From: Salinivirgaceae bacterium
GTDB taxonomy: Bacteria > Bacteroidota > Bacteroidia > Bacteroidales > SZUA-534
Assembly: GCA_024405635.1 (NCBI GenBank)
Contig: JAKSOL010000026.1
Location: 1 to 37,692 of the forward strand
Length of the DNA stretch: 37,692 nucleotides
Reading direction: 5' to 3'
This document shows positions 19,978-27,969 of this stretch, in pieces (within the stretch, counting starts at the first letter, position 1; the number at the start of each line of letters is the position of its first letter). Under the pieces are notes generated by a model that saw nothing but the letters and a program-made list of their open reading frames with translations, did no database searches and was not told where the DNA came from. A program made the translations under genes and the position numbers.

Positions 19978-22572
19978 ATGAAAAAACTACTCTTGAATTT
20001 GGCTCTTATTGCAACAACTGGAGCTTTGCTAACAGCTTGTAATACAAAAGAACCATACAAAAATCCAAAACTATCGGCCGAGGAACGTGCAGCCGATTTG
20101 GTAACCCGACTTACACTTGAAGAAAAAGCCGCCTTGATGCAAGACGAATCGGCAGCAGTTGAACGTCTTGGCATTCAGCGTTATGGTTGGTGGAACGAGG
20201 CTCTGCATGGCGTTGCTCGTGCCGGAAAAGCAACCGTTTTTCCTCAAGCAATAGGCATGGCGGCCACATGGGACGACAACGCTGTTTATCGTGCTTTTAC
20301 CGCAGTTAGCGACGAGGCTCGTGCAAAAAATACCGACGACCGTAAAAAAGGTGAATTCAACCGCTATCAAGGTCTTACATTTTGGACTCCAAACGTTAAC
20401 ATTTTTCGCGATCCGCGTTGGGGACGTGGCCAAGAAACATACGGAGAAGACCCATATCTAACTAGCCGCATGGGTGTTAGTGTGGTTCGCGGATTACAAG
20501 GTCCTACCAACACCAAGTACCACAAGGCTCACGCTTGTGCAAAACACTACGCTGTGCATAGCGGACCTGAAAGCAGCCGACACAAATTCAATGTTGATAG
20601 CCTTCCTCAACGTTTGTTGTGGGAAATTTACTTGCCAGCATTTAAAGCATTGGTTTGCGAGGCAAATGTGCGCGAGGTTATGTGCGCATACAATGCTGTT
20701 GATGGCGAACCATGCTGCGGTAACAAACAACTACTAACCAGCATTTTGCGCGACCTCTGGAATTTTGATGGCATTGTAGTTTCCGATTGTTGGGCAATTA
20801 ACGACTTTTATGGCGGACCAGGTCGCGGACACAATCGTTATGCCACCCCTACCGAATCGGGTGCTGCAGCTGTCATTTCTGGAACCGATCTTGAGTGCGG
20901 CTCAACTTTCAAAACACTTACCGAGGCGGTTGAAAAAGGATTTATTACCGAAGACAGAATTAACACTAGCGTTAAACGCTTGCTTACTGCGCGTTTTCAA
21001 CTTGGTTTAATGGACGACGACAAACTTGTTGATTGGACTCGTATTTCGCTCGATACCGTTAATTGCCAAACTCACCAATACTTGGCTTTAGAGATGGCTC
21101 AAAAAAGTATGGTGCTTTTGCAAAATCGTAACAACATTTTGCCTCTCTCAAAAAATGCAAAAGTGGCAGTGGTTGGCCCTAATGCCGACAATCCAACTAT
21201 GCAATGGGGCAATTATAACGGTTTTCCTGCTTACACAATTTCAATTCTCGAGGGCATCCAGTCAAAAAGTGCCGATGTTACTTATGTAAAAGGTTGCGAA
21301 CTGCTTGTAAACGAGAAGTTTGTTAGCTTATACTACAATTGCAAAAGCGAAAAAGGAGTTGGATTTAGCGCAAAATATTGGGACAACACCAACATGCAAG
21401 GCGAGCCTGTTGCAATTGAAAACTACGAAAATCCTCCATTTCTTAACAACGGAGGCGGCACCGTGTTTGCGCCAAATGTGCCTCTTACCGAATTTTCGGG
21501 CAAATTTGAGAGTACTTTTACCGCAACTGCAACCAACGAGGTTGAAATAAGCATTAGTGCCGACGACGAATACAAACTAACGATTGATGGAACCGAAGTT
21601 GCTGCCGCTAAGAGTAATGCTCACGGCCCAACCTCAAAAACATACAAAATGAAAGCCGTGGCTGGAAAAAGCTACAAAATTGAAATTGACTACATTCAAC
21701 ACCAAGACGAAGCATCGTTGAGCTTTTCAATTGGTTACAAAAAACCAACCACACCTAGCGAATTGGTTGCAAGTGTTAAAAACTGCGATGTGGTTGTGTT
21801 TGTAGGCGGCATTTCACCTCGTCTTGAAGGCGAAGAGATGCGTGTCGATTTTGAAGGATTTATTGGTGGCGACCGCACCAACATTGAGTTGCCTGCTGTT
21901 CAACGTCAAATGATTGCAGCTTTGGCTAAGGCGGGTAAAAAAGTAGTGCTTGTTAACTGTAGTGGCAGCGCAATGGGATTGGTTCCCGAGTCGAAAAACT
22001 GCGAGGCAATTTTGCAAGCATGGTATCCGGGCGAAGCTGGTGGACAAGCTGTTGCCGATGTGCTATTTGGCGACTACAATCCTGCAGGTCGTTTGCCTGT
22101 AACTTTCTACAAATCAGCCAGTCAGTTGCCCGATTTTGAAGATTATGGATTCGATGGTCGTACCTATATGTATATGACACAAGAACCATTGTTCCCATTT
22201 GGTTTTGGCTTGAGCTACACAACATTTGATTATGTTAAAGCCGAATGGCAAAAATCAACCATTAAAAAAGGTGAGTCAGCAAAATTGAGCCTAACCATAA
22301 GCAATACAGGTAAAATTAGTGGCGACGAGGTTGCTCAAGTTTATATTAAACGAAACGACGACACCAACGGCCCAAGTAAAATGTTGCGCTACTTTAAACG
22401 TGTGAACATTGCATCTGGTGCTCAAACAGTGCTTGATATTGAGTTGAATGCCGATGCGTTCCGTTTCTTCAACAGCAAAACAAACGACATGGACATTCTT
22501 CCTGGCGATTATACAGTTTACTACGGAGGTAACTCTCGCGATTTAAAATCGTTGAGCCTGACCATTGAATAA
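19978..22572 (+). CDS. GH3 beta-xylosidase lipoprotein with PA14 insertion and FnIII-like C-terminus (Xyl3A-like)
   Basis: Lipobox LLTAC; WWNEALHGV, FRDPRWGRGQETYGEDP, KHYAVHSGPE, nucleophile VVSDCWA; PA14-like insert; AWYPGEAGG. Confidence 0.9.
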   Translation: MKKLLLNLALIATTGALLTACNTKEPYKNPKLSAEERAADLVTRLTLEEKAALMQDESAAVERLGIQRYGWWNEALHGVARAGKATVFPQAIGMAATWDDNAVYRAFTAVSDEARAKNTDDRKKGEFNRYQGLTFWTPNVNIFRDPRWGRGQETYGEDPYLTSRMGVSVVRGLQGPTNTKYHKAHACAKHYAVHSGPESSRHKFNVDSLPQRLLWEIYLPAFKALVCEANVREVMCAYNAVDGEPCCGNKQLLTSILRDLWNFDGIVVSDCWAINDFYGGPGRGHNRYATPTESGAAAVISGTDLECGSTFKTLTEAVEKGFITEDRINTSVKRLLTARFQLGLMDDDKLVDWTRISLDTVNCQTHQYLALEMAQKSMVLLQNRNNILPLSKNAKVAVVGPNADNPTMQWGNYNGFPAYTISILEGIQSKSADVTYVKGCELLVNEKFVSLYYNCKSEKGVGFSAKYWDNTNMQGEPVAIENYENPPFLNNGGGTVFAPNVPLTEFSGKFESTFTATATNEVEISISADDEYKLTIDGTEVAAAKSNAHGPTSKTYKMKAVAGKSYKIEIDYIQHQDEASLSFSIGYKKPTTPSELVASVKNCDVVVFVGGISPRLEGEEMRVDFEGFIGGDRTNIELPAVQRQMIAALAKAGKKVVLVNCSGSAMGLVPESKNCEAILQAWYPGEAGGQAVADVLFGDYNPAGRLPVTFYKSASQLPDFEDYGFDGRTYMYMTQEPLFPFGFGLSYTTFDYVKAEWQKSTIKKGESAKLSLTISNTGKISGDEVAQVYIKRNDDTNGPSKMLRYFKRVNIASGAQTVLDIELNADAFRFFNSKTNDMDILPGDYTVYYGGNSRDLKSLSLTIE

Positions 22573-22611
22573 CATCGTTTTTTTTACCTAAAAATTTGTT
22601 GTTGTTTTTGA

Positions 22612-23019
22612 TTAGATTTGTTCGATGTCGCCAAGTCCGTCTGTTGCACCTTCCAGTTCAACGGTTTCGATAGATGGCACGTCAATCTGCTCATAATCAC
22701 CGTTACCGTTCATTAGGTAGGTTACACCGTTCTCGTCTTGATACAACTCGCCCATTGATGCGTCGCCAAGTCCAGCCATTGATGGCAAGTACTCTTTTGC
22801 ATAACCTGAAATGATTGAGCCAGCCATACCCAAGAACAAACCTTGTGCTACTGACGATTTGCAAATAATTGCACCAGCCAATGATGCTACACCTGTTGCG
22901 ATGCGACCGATGTTAGAATTAAGTTTTGACACTCTTGACTGCAATGCACTTACAGCCACCGAACCCAAAACCATACCGCCAGCCATTAGGGCAGGCTTTT
23001 TGAAATCTTTTACTTCCAT
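22612..23019 (-). CDS. Hypothetical small membrane protein with acidic tail and repeated Gly motifs (putative virion component)
   Basis: 135 aa; Gly/Ala-rich hydrophobic segments in residues 10-72, acidic C-terminus, motifs MAGG, MAGLGD, MNGNGD, DGLGD; 30 bp downstream of the 456-aa gene. Confidence 0.65.
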   Translation of the reverse strand: MEVKDFKKPALMAGGMVLGSVAVSALQSRVSKLNSNIGRIATGVASLAGAIICKSSVAQGLFLGMAGSIISGYAKEYLPSMAGLGDASMGELYQDENGVTYLMNGNGDYEQIDVPSIETVELEGATDGLGDIEQI

Positions 23020-23049
23020 TTAAGTTTCCTCTTCTTCATGTAAAAAAAT

Positions 23050-24420
23050 TTAACGTCGTTTTGTTATTATATATACTAAACCAGCAATGCCTAAACCTCC
23101 AAGTAACCAAGTAGATATAGATGCTTGCTGTTTAATTTCAGTTGTTTGTAATTGTAGATTTTGCAATGCGCTTTCCATTCTCGCCTGTGTTTGTGCTGCC
23201 GAATCGCTTTCGGTTGCAGCTTTGTCGAGTTGGTCTTTGACGCTATTTATTGCGGTATCTACCTTGTTTTGGATAGACTGATTAACGTTGCTCAAACTTG
23301 TTACAATAGCGCGATTGCTGCTTTTAACGGTTGCTACTGTTTCAGCATTTGCAGCGGCTGTGGCGTTTGTTACAGTTTTAAGAGTTGGCGCAATATCCTG
23401 AATAGTTAAAGGCTCTTGCCCCACATTCTCCATTTCGGCATCTACTTTTTTATCTATATCCTTGCCTACTTTTGCAGCCTTTTTTGCGGCTTTATTTGCC
23501 TTTCTATTTTTAACTGCGCTAATAAGTTTGCCGCCAACATTTTTAGCCAGCGAAACAGCCTCTGTTATCCAGCCAAGTTCGCCGTTTACAATTTGCAATG
23601 GTGTCGCTACCCAAACATCGTTAGTTGCACTTGCACCGTTAAGACTATCAACGTAACGTTTGTTTTTGTCGCCGCGAATTGCCCAACTTCCATCAGTACA
23701 GCGCATTGCCCAAGTACCAAGCGCATGATTGTAGAATACAGGCGAAAATGCACGATCAGAACGACGACTAAAAACTGGTTCGTCGGTTTCGCCAAGTCCG
23801 TTAAGTCCGCTATTGTTTGCTCCGCCTAAAATTGTCTTGTCGTATGCTTGCAAGTATTTCTTTTCCTCGTTGTAATTATCCATAACGTCGTCAATTACAA
23901 TATACTCGCTGCGTACATTCAGGTTTGCGTTGTTGATTTTAGGCACAATAACGTAAATATGTTGATAAGCACCACGTTGTTTATATGAACACATACGTAA
24001 CGAGTGCGGTATGTTCAAGTTGCAAAGAATAGTGCTAATGAAAATAGAATAGCAATCGCAATCTACACCACTTTTGCGATCTGCCCAAGTGCGTACAGGC
24101 TGACGCAATTCCTCAATCATTGGATTGTCTTTATGATATTGGATATGGTCAAATACAAATTGCCAAATTGCTTTACAAGTTGCATCAAGTGTTGCGCGTT
24201 TTAGCAATACTGCTATTTGCGCGGTTTGATGTTTAGTGCGGCTTATGATGTCAGGCATTAAACGGTTAATAGTATCAAATTGATCAACTCCCATACGCAA
24301 CACTGGATTGGTGCGAATTGGTTGACCGAAATAACGGTTATATTCAGCGCCTGATTTTATTTTTCGGCTGCCGTTGCTTGCATATCCTAATGCTCCGTTA
24401 AGTTCTTGCGTTAGTAACAT
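23050..24420 (-). CDS. Transglutaminase-like cysteine protease domain protein with helical stalk and C-terminal membrane anchor
   Basis: IWQFVFDHIQY helix, GVDCDCYS (Cys121), QHIYV (His154), IVIDD (Asp177) in transglutaminase-like order; Ala/Gln-rich helical region; C-terminal WLLGGLGIAGLVYIITKRR. Confidence 0.7.
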   Translation of the reverse strand: MLLTQELNGALGYASNGSRKIKSGAEYNRYFGQPIRTNPVLRMGVDQFDTINRLMPDIISRTKHQTAQIAVLLKRATLDATCKAIWQFVFDHIQYHKDNPMIEELRQPVRTWADRKSGVDCDCYSIFISTILCNLNIPHSLRMCSYKQRGAYQHIYVIVPKINNANLNVRSEYIVIDDVMDNYNEEKKYLQAYDKTILGGANNSGLNGLGETDEPVFSRRSDRAFSPVFYNHALGTWAMRCTDGSWAIRGDKNKRYVDSLNGASATNDVWVATPLQIVNGELGWITEAVSLAKNVGGKLISAVKNRKANKAAKKAAKVGKDIDKKVDAEMENVGQEPLTIQDIAPTLKTVTNATAAANAETVATVKSSNRAIVTSLSNVNQSIQNKVDTAINSVKDQLDKAATESDSAAQTQARMESALQNLQLQTTEIKQQASISTWLLGGLGIAGLVYIITKRR

Positions 24421-24480
24421 TCGTTTTTTTGCTCCTTGCTCCTATTAAAACGAACCAAAGTTGCTGAAATACAATATATT

Positions 24481-24540
24481 ACTTTCTCATTTTTGCCCAT
24501 TATTGTACGTTTTTGCTCGTTATTGCTCATTATATGTCGT
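24481..24540. repeat. Degenerate 10-bp tandem repeat array
   Basis: Consecutive 10-mers: actttctcat, ttttgcccat, tattgtacgt, ttttgctcgt, tattgctcat, tatatgtcgt. Confidence 0.65.
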
Positions 24541-24710
24541 ATTATTGTGGCACAAATGTTGTTAGTGTAAAAAACTGACTGATAGCAAGTTATGGCGCGA
24601 TTACGCCAATGTTAAATTTAACTACCTAAAAATGATTTTTTGACGCTTAAAAATTTGTTTTTAGGTGTTTTTTTTAGTATTTTTAATAATGATTTTAACT
24701 GATTAGCAAT

Positions 24711-24893
24711 ATGGATAACAACAAAATAACCAAATCAACCCAGTGTATCACTCGCGAAGAACTTGCAGCACGATACGGCGTTTGTCGTCGAACATTGTAT
24801 TCGTGGCTCAATAAAGCAGGAATCCAATTGAAACAAAAAAGCCGCATAACTCCAAAAGAATTAGCGGCTATTGTTGCGGTGTTAGGGGAATAG
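24711..24893 (+). CDS. Small helix-turn-helix DNA-binding protein (excisionase/MerR-like)
   Basis: 60 aa, ITREELAARYGVCRRTLYSWL HTH pattern; divergent from the 456-aa gene. Confidence 0.7.
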   Translation: MDNNKITKSTQCITREELAARYGVCRRTLYSWLNKAGIQLKQKSRITPKELAAIVAVLGE

Positions 24894-24894
24894 A
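24840..24894 (+). repeat. 55-bp direct repeat, copy 1 (3' end of the HTH gene)
   Basis: AGCCGCATAACTCCAAAAGAATTAGCGGCTATTGTTGCGGTGTTAGGGGAATAGA; 54/55 identical to 25507-25561. Confidence 0.95.
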
Positions 24895-24901
24895 ATTTTA
24901 T

Positions 24902-24909
24902 TAAATTTG
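24902..24909 (+). promoter_or_regulatory. -7 promoter element of the TA operon
   Basis: TAAATTTG = TAnnTTTG, 22 nt before ATG 24932; no clear -33 box. Confidence 0.5.
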
Positions 24910-24931
24910 TGCAATTAAACAATAATGTATT

Positions 24932-25156
24932 ATGGCAAGAATTACAATCAATTACAAAAACAATGCTGCAACTCGTTCTATTATTGAATCTCTTGTAAAT
25001 TATGGAGTGTTTACAATAGTGGAAACCGAAGAAGAAGAACGATTTAGAATAGAAATGAAAAAGGCTTTTAAGTCAGCAGAAGTGGCTATTAACAAAATTA
25101 AAAACCACAATGGAAAAGGTGTAAAGAAGTTGGAGGATATTTTGAATGAAATATGA
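24932..25156 (+). CDS. Putative antitoxin
   Basis: 74 aa, overlaps the downstream RelE-type toxin gene by 11 nt; C-terminal KKLEDILNEI resembles the tails of such antitoxins. Confidence 0.65.
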   Translation: MARITINYKNNAATRSIIESLVNYGVFTIVETEEEERFRIEMKKAFKSAEVAINKIKNHNGKGVKKLEDILNEI

Positions 25157-25502
25157 GTTTTATGTTACTAACGAATTTAACAAGCAACTAAAAAGATTAT
25201 CAAAAAAATACAAATCTATTACACTTGATTTGCTCAATTTTAGAAATGAATTTGAACAAAAATACCCTCTTGTAGGCGTTGATTTAGGCGGTGGATATAG
25301 AAAAATAAGATTAGAAATAAAATCTAAAAACAAAGGCAAAAGTGGCGGTGCAAGAATTATAACATACGATTTATGTTTGAATATCGAAGAAAATACAAAA
25401 AAAGTACTTTTAGTTACAATTTTTGATAAAAGCGACTTTGAGAATATAAACGATAAACTATATAAAAAAGTTGCTATGGAATACTTATTTAGTATGCTAT
25501 AA
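25146..25502 (+). CDS. RelE/ParE-superfamily toxin (mRNA interferase type)
   Basis: EFNKQLKRLSKKY...DLGGGYRKIRL...KGKSGGARIITY...LVTIFDKS pattern. Confidence 0.85.
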   Translation: MKYEFYVTNEFNKQLKRLSKKYKSITLDLLNFRNEFEQKYPLVGVDLGGGYRKIRLEIKSKNKGKSGGARIITYDLCLNIEENTKKVLLVTIFDKSDFENINDKLYKKVAMEYLFSML

Positions 25503-25506
25503 AAAT

Positions 25507-25561
25507 AGCCGCATAACTCCAAAAGAATTAGCGGCTATTGTTGCGGTGTTGGGGGAATAGA
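25507..25561 (+). repeat. 55-bp direct repeat, copy 2
   Basis: Matches 24840-24894 except one A/G change (TTA/TTG, synonymous in the HTH frame). Confidence 0.95.
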
Positions 25562-25659
25562 CTAATTACGCAAATCTATAATACTTAATCTTTAACAAGC
25601 GTGTATTCTTTATAACGTACTTTGTCAGCGCCTGTGCCAAATTCTTTCCATCGATAGTT

Positions 25660-25956
25660 TCATACTCTTATAGTATTAAGTTTGAATTTTTTTACTTTGT
25701 TTTCTTTGGTTAATCTAACTTGCTTGCCACATACCAATTGTTTTAGTATTGCGTACAACTGGCTCTTTTTACCGTCGTCGATAAAAAGAACTCTCATAAA
25801 ATCATCTAACGTTAAGTAGCACCTGTATTTGTTGAATACTATCAACACTTTTTCGCGTAAAGTCATATCTTTACCGTTTGATTGTTTTATTTGAAGTTGC
25901 TTGTCGTACACAATTTTTTGCAATCGGTGTATTTCCTTAATTGGTAGCGTTATCAT
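25660..25956 (-). CDS. Hypothetical basic protein, possible winged helix
   Basis: 98 aa; ATGA overlap with the upstream ORF; TLREKVLIVF...LTLDDF...QLYAILKQLV..KQVRL resembles wHTH topology. Confidence 0.5.
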   Translation of the reverse strand: MITLPIKEIHRLQKIVYDKQLQIKQSNGKDMTLREKVLIVFNKYRCYLTLDDFMRVLFIDDGKKSQLYAILKQLVCGKQVRLTKENKVKKFKLNTIRV

Positions 25957-26192
25957 ACAAGATTTACTTTTTTGATTATGGTATTTGTCTTGTTGTCTAT
26001 AACCAAATAGTTCTTTATATCAGTCCTACCTAATACCAGTTTTCGCTCCATTGCTGCTATAACTTTGTCAACTGGCTTTTTATCGTTAAACGGTAGGTTG
26101 TAAAATTCGTTTCGGTTGTCGGTGTAACGATGGTAAAGCACCATTTTTATAATTGCGTTTTGCTTGCGCTCGCTATAATCAATCTTCATCAT
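25953..26192 (-). CDS. Hypothetical phage-like protein
   Basis: 79 aa, overlaps both neighbouring ORFs in a coupled minus-strand run. Confidence 0.5.
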   Translation of the reverse strand: MMKIDYSERKQNAIIKMVLYHRYTDNRNEFYNLPFNDKKPVDKVIAAMERKLVLGRTDIKNYLVIDNKTNTIIKKVNLV

Positions 26193-26370
26193 ATCGGTCG
26201 AGTATATCGGTTAAATGTATAAGCCAGCTTAAATAGCATAGTAACAGCAGGTTTAAGTGGGTTAAATATGGAAGTCTGTAACGTAAGTGTATGTAATTTA
26301 CTCGCTCGATGTTTACAACAACACCAAGCAAGTAAAATACAATCATAGATATAACAAATGCAGCTTTCAT
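26179..26370 (-). CDS. Hypothetical small membrane protein
   Basis: 63 aa with two hydrophobic segments; starts 1 nt after the upstream stop. Confidence 0.45.
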   Translation of the reverse strand: MKAAFVISMIVFYLLGVVVNIERVNYIHLRYRLPYLTHLNLLLLCYLSWLIHLTDILDRYDED

Positions 26371-26371
26371 T

Positions 26372-26782
26372 TTAGTACAATTTGTTTATTGTTTCGTCGG
26401 CAATTGGTTCTCTGTACTGGCTTGTTACGAATACAGTTGTTACATAGTTCTTACTGATTTTTCCGTTCTGAATTGCCGAAAATTCACTGTCGTAAATACG
26501 ACGGTCTAAATATATTTTGTTGCTATATCTGAAAATGTTAGTGTATCCAGTTATAACGGCTGGTATTTCCTCGCACATAAACAAGTCGTTTTCGTCTATT
26601 GAATACTTGTCAAACGCACCATCGTGATAGTATGTAAATACTTCCTCGCCAGTTGTAAACTCAACCGCAGCAACAATGCTGTTGTTTTTGCCCAATAATT
26701 CGCCTAAAAAGCGTGCTGGTCTTCCGTCGCGAGTGCAAATTGGTTCGCCATTTTGGGCGGCTTCTAAATCAAATTTTTTCAT
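26372..26782 (-). CDS. Hypothetical phage protein
   Basis: N-terminal MKKFDLEAAQNGEPICTRDGRPAR...DLFM pattern recalled from phage hypothetical proteins. Confidence 0.65.
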   Translation of the reverse strand: MKKFDLEAAQNGEPICTRDGRPARFLGELLGKNNSIVAAVEFTTGEEVFTYYHDGAFDKYSIDENDLFMCEEIPAVITGYTNIFRYSNKIYLDRRIYDSEFSAIQNGKISKNYVTTVFVTSQYREPIADETINKLY

Positions 26783-26893
26783 TTTTGTAGTGTTTTATTT
26801 ATTGCTTGCGCCATAGGTGCGCCACGTTATTGCGGCGTACTTGTGGCGTTTTTATTTATTCAATATCAGTTTCCTGTTTTATTGTTATGCAAT

Positions 26894-27238
26894 TCAACTA
26901 TCATCGTGCTTCAGCGAGTTCAGACGCTTCTTTAGGTCGTTTTTTATCTCATCTTGTATCTGCTTTCTTCCCCATTCTATTGCATCTGAAAATGTAGGCT
27001 GACGATTAAATCCTTGAGAAAAGAACCAATCACTAAACGCTACTTCTCTGTCGTATTCCTCTTTTGTAAGATTTTTGGGGTGATTTAGTTGATTTTGCTC
27101 ATACTGCTCATCTTTCCACTCAGCCATTTTCAAAATCGCAGATTGAATTTCTTGCCTCTGTGATTCATACTTATGAAAACACAGACCATCGTCAAATAAA
27201 TTCCATGCAATTTCTTTTGCTTTCTCTTCGTTTGTCAT
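26894..27238 (-). CDS. Hypothetical phage protein
   Basis: 114 aa; MTNEEKAKEIA...AILKMAEWKDEQ pattern recalled from Bacteroidales phage accessory proteins. Confidence 0.6.
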   Translation of the reverse strand: MTNEEKAKEIAWNLFDDGLCFHKYESQRQEIQSAILKMAEWKDEQYEQNQLNHPKNLTKEEYDREVAFSDWFFSQGFNRQPTFSDAIEWGRKQIQDEIKNDLKKRLNSLKHDDS

Positions 27239-27357
27239 AGTTTTATTGTTCGTTTAACTTTTTTCAGTATATTTTTTATGAAAAAACTACCTTCGTGGTC
27301 GTTGGTTAAATGTGCTGTTATGTAGCGTAACCAATTTAATATCAACAAAATAAATAT

Positions 27358-27969
27358 ATGCAACAACTACCGTCGCGACTGCTCGATAATGTGGTGAACG
27401 AGTTTAATAAACTGCCGGGCATAGGAAAAAAAACAGCACTACGTTTAACGTTATTTATGCTAAACCAAAGTGTTGAAGATGCAAAAATGTTCACTTCGGC
27501 TATCGACCAAATGAAAAACGAGGTGCGCATCTGTCCGCAGTGCCATAATATTGCCGAAAACGATTTGTGCGAAATATGCAGTAATCCAAAGCGAGATGCA
27601 TCGTTGATTTGTGTGGTAGAAACCATTCGCGAGTTAATTGCAATTGAAAACACAGGTCAATACCGAGGCTTGTATCATGTGCTTGGTGGCCGCATTTCGC
27701 CCATGGATGGCATTGGTCCTCAAAATTTGAATATCAGCACGTTAGAGCAACGGGTGGCAGCTGGGGGAATTGCCGAAGTTATTCTTGCAACTAGCACAAC
27801 CATTGAAGGCGACACTACCAACTTTTACCTTTTCCGTAGGTTGAGTGCCTACAATGTGCCTGTTTCAACATTGGCTCGTGGCATTAGTGTTGGCGACGAA
27901 ATTGAATATGCCGACGAGATTACTCTTGGTCGCTCGTTGTTAAATAGGGTTCCTTATCAAGGTAAGTAA
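27358..27969 (+). CDS. recR: Recombination mediator RecR
   Basis: [12 protein letters not shown] HhH, CPQCHN...CEIC zinc finger, Toprim [19 protein letters not shown]. Confidence 0.96.
   Translation: MQQLPSRLLDNVVNEFNKLPGIGKKTALRLTLFMLNQSVEDAKMFTSAIDQMKNEVRICPQCHNIAENDLCEICSNPKRDASLICVVETIRELIAIENTGQYRGLYHVLGGRISPMDGIGPQNLNISTLEQRVAAGGIAEVILATSTTIEGDTTNFYLFRRLSAYNVPVSTLARGISVGDEIEYADEITLGRSLLNRVPYQGK

Larger units (their letters stand above)
22573..27240. mobile_element. Virus-like island / prophage remnant without visible integrase
   Basis: Block of short, tightly packed hypothetical ORFs, a Xis-like HTH, a TA pair and a transglutaminase-like membrane protein between the GH3 gene and recR; boundaries are approximate and no att sites were identified. 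Confidence 0.55.

Noticed and set aside
20918-20929. 12-nt match (TTACCGAGGCGG) between the 34-bp spacer-like segment and the GH3 gene
   Set aside because: Too short, flanks do not match, and plausible by chance in a window of this size.
22585-22600. TACCTAAAAAT / TAAAAATTTGTT shared with 24623-24659 as possible att core
   Set aside because: Low-complexity AT-rich 11-12-mers, and the second copy is internal to the island rather than at its far end.
23010-23039. Out-of-frame mini-ORF MKKRKLKWK overlapping the start of the 135-aa gene
   Set aside because: Nine codons only; cannot distinguish a frameshifted N-terminus or regulatory peptide from chance.
24548-24563. Second sigma-54-like sequence TGGCACAAATGTTGTT in the island
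   Set aside because: The -12 element is GT rather than the near-invariant GC.
24590-24617. Possible dif/Xer site (CAATGTTAAAT resembles the XerD arm)
   Set aside because: The XerC arm does not match and there is no partner site at the island boundaries.
25160-25522. 120-aa hydrophobic ORF antisense to the toxin gene
   Set aside because: It is the reverse complement of a Lys/Glu-rich gene, which naturally gives Phe/Leu/Ser-rich sequence; no independent support.
26820-26853. GC-rich CGCCAC/GTGGCG hairpin with T-run between phage-like ORFs
   Set aside because: Only a 6-bp stem with a long loop, and the T-run is on the strand opposite to the genes; function cannot be supported.
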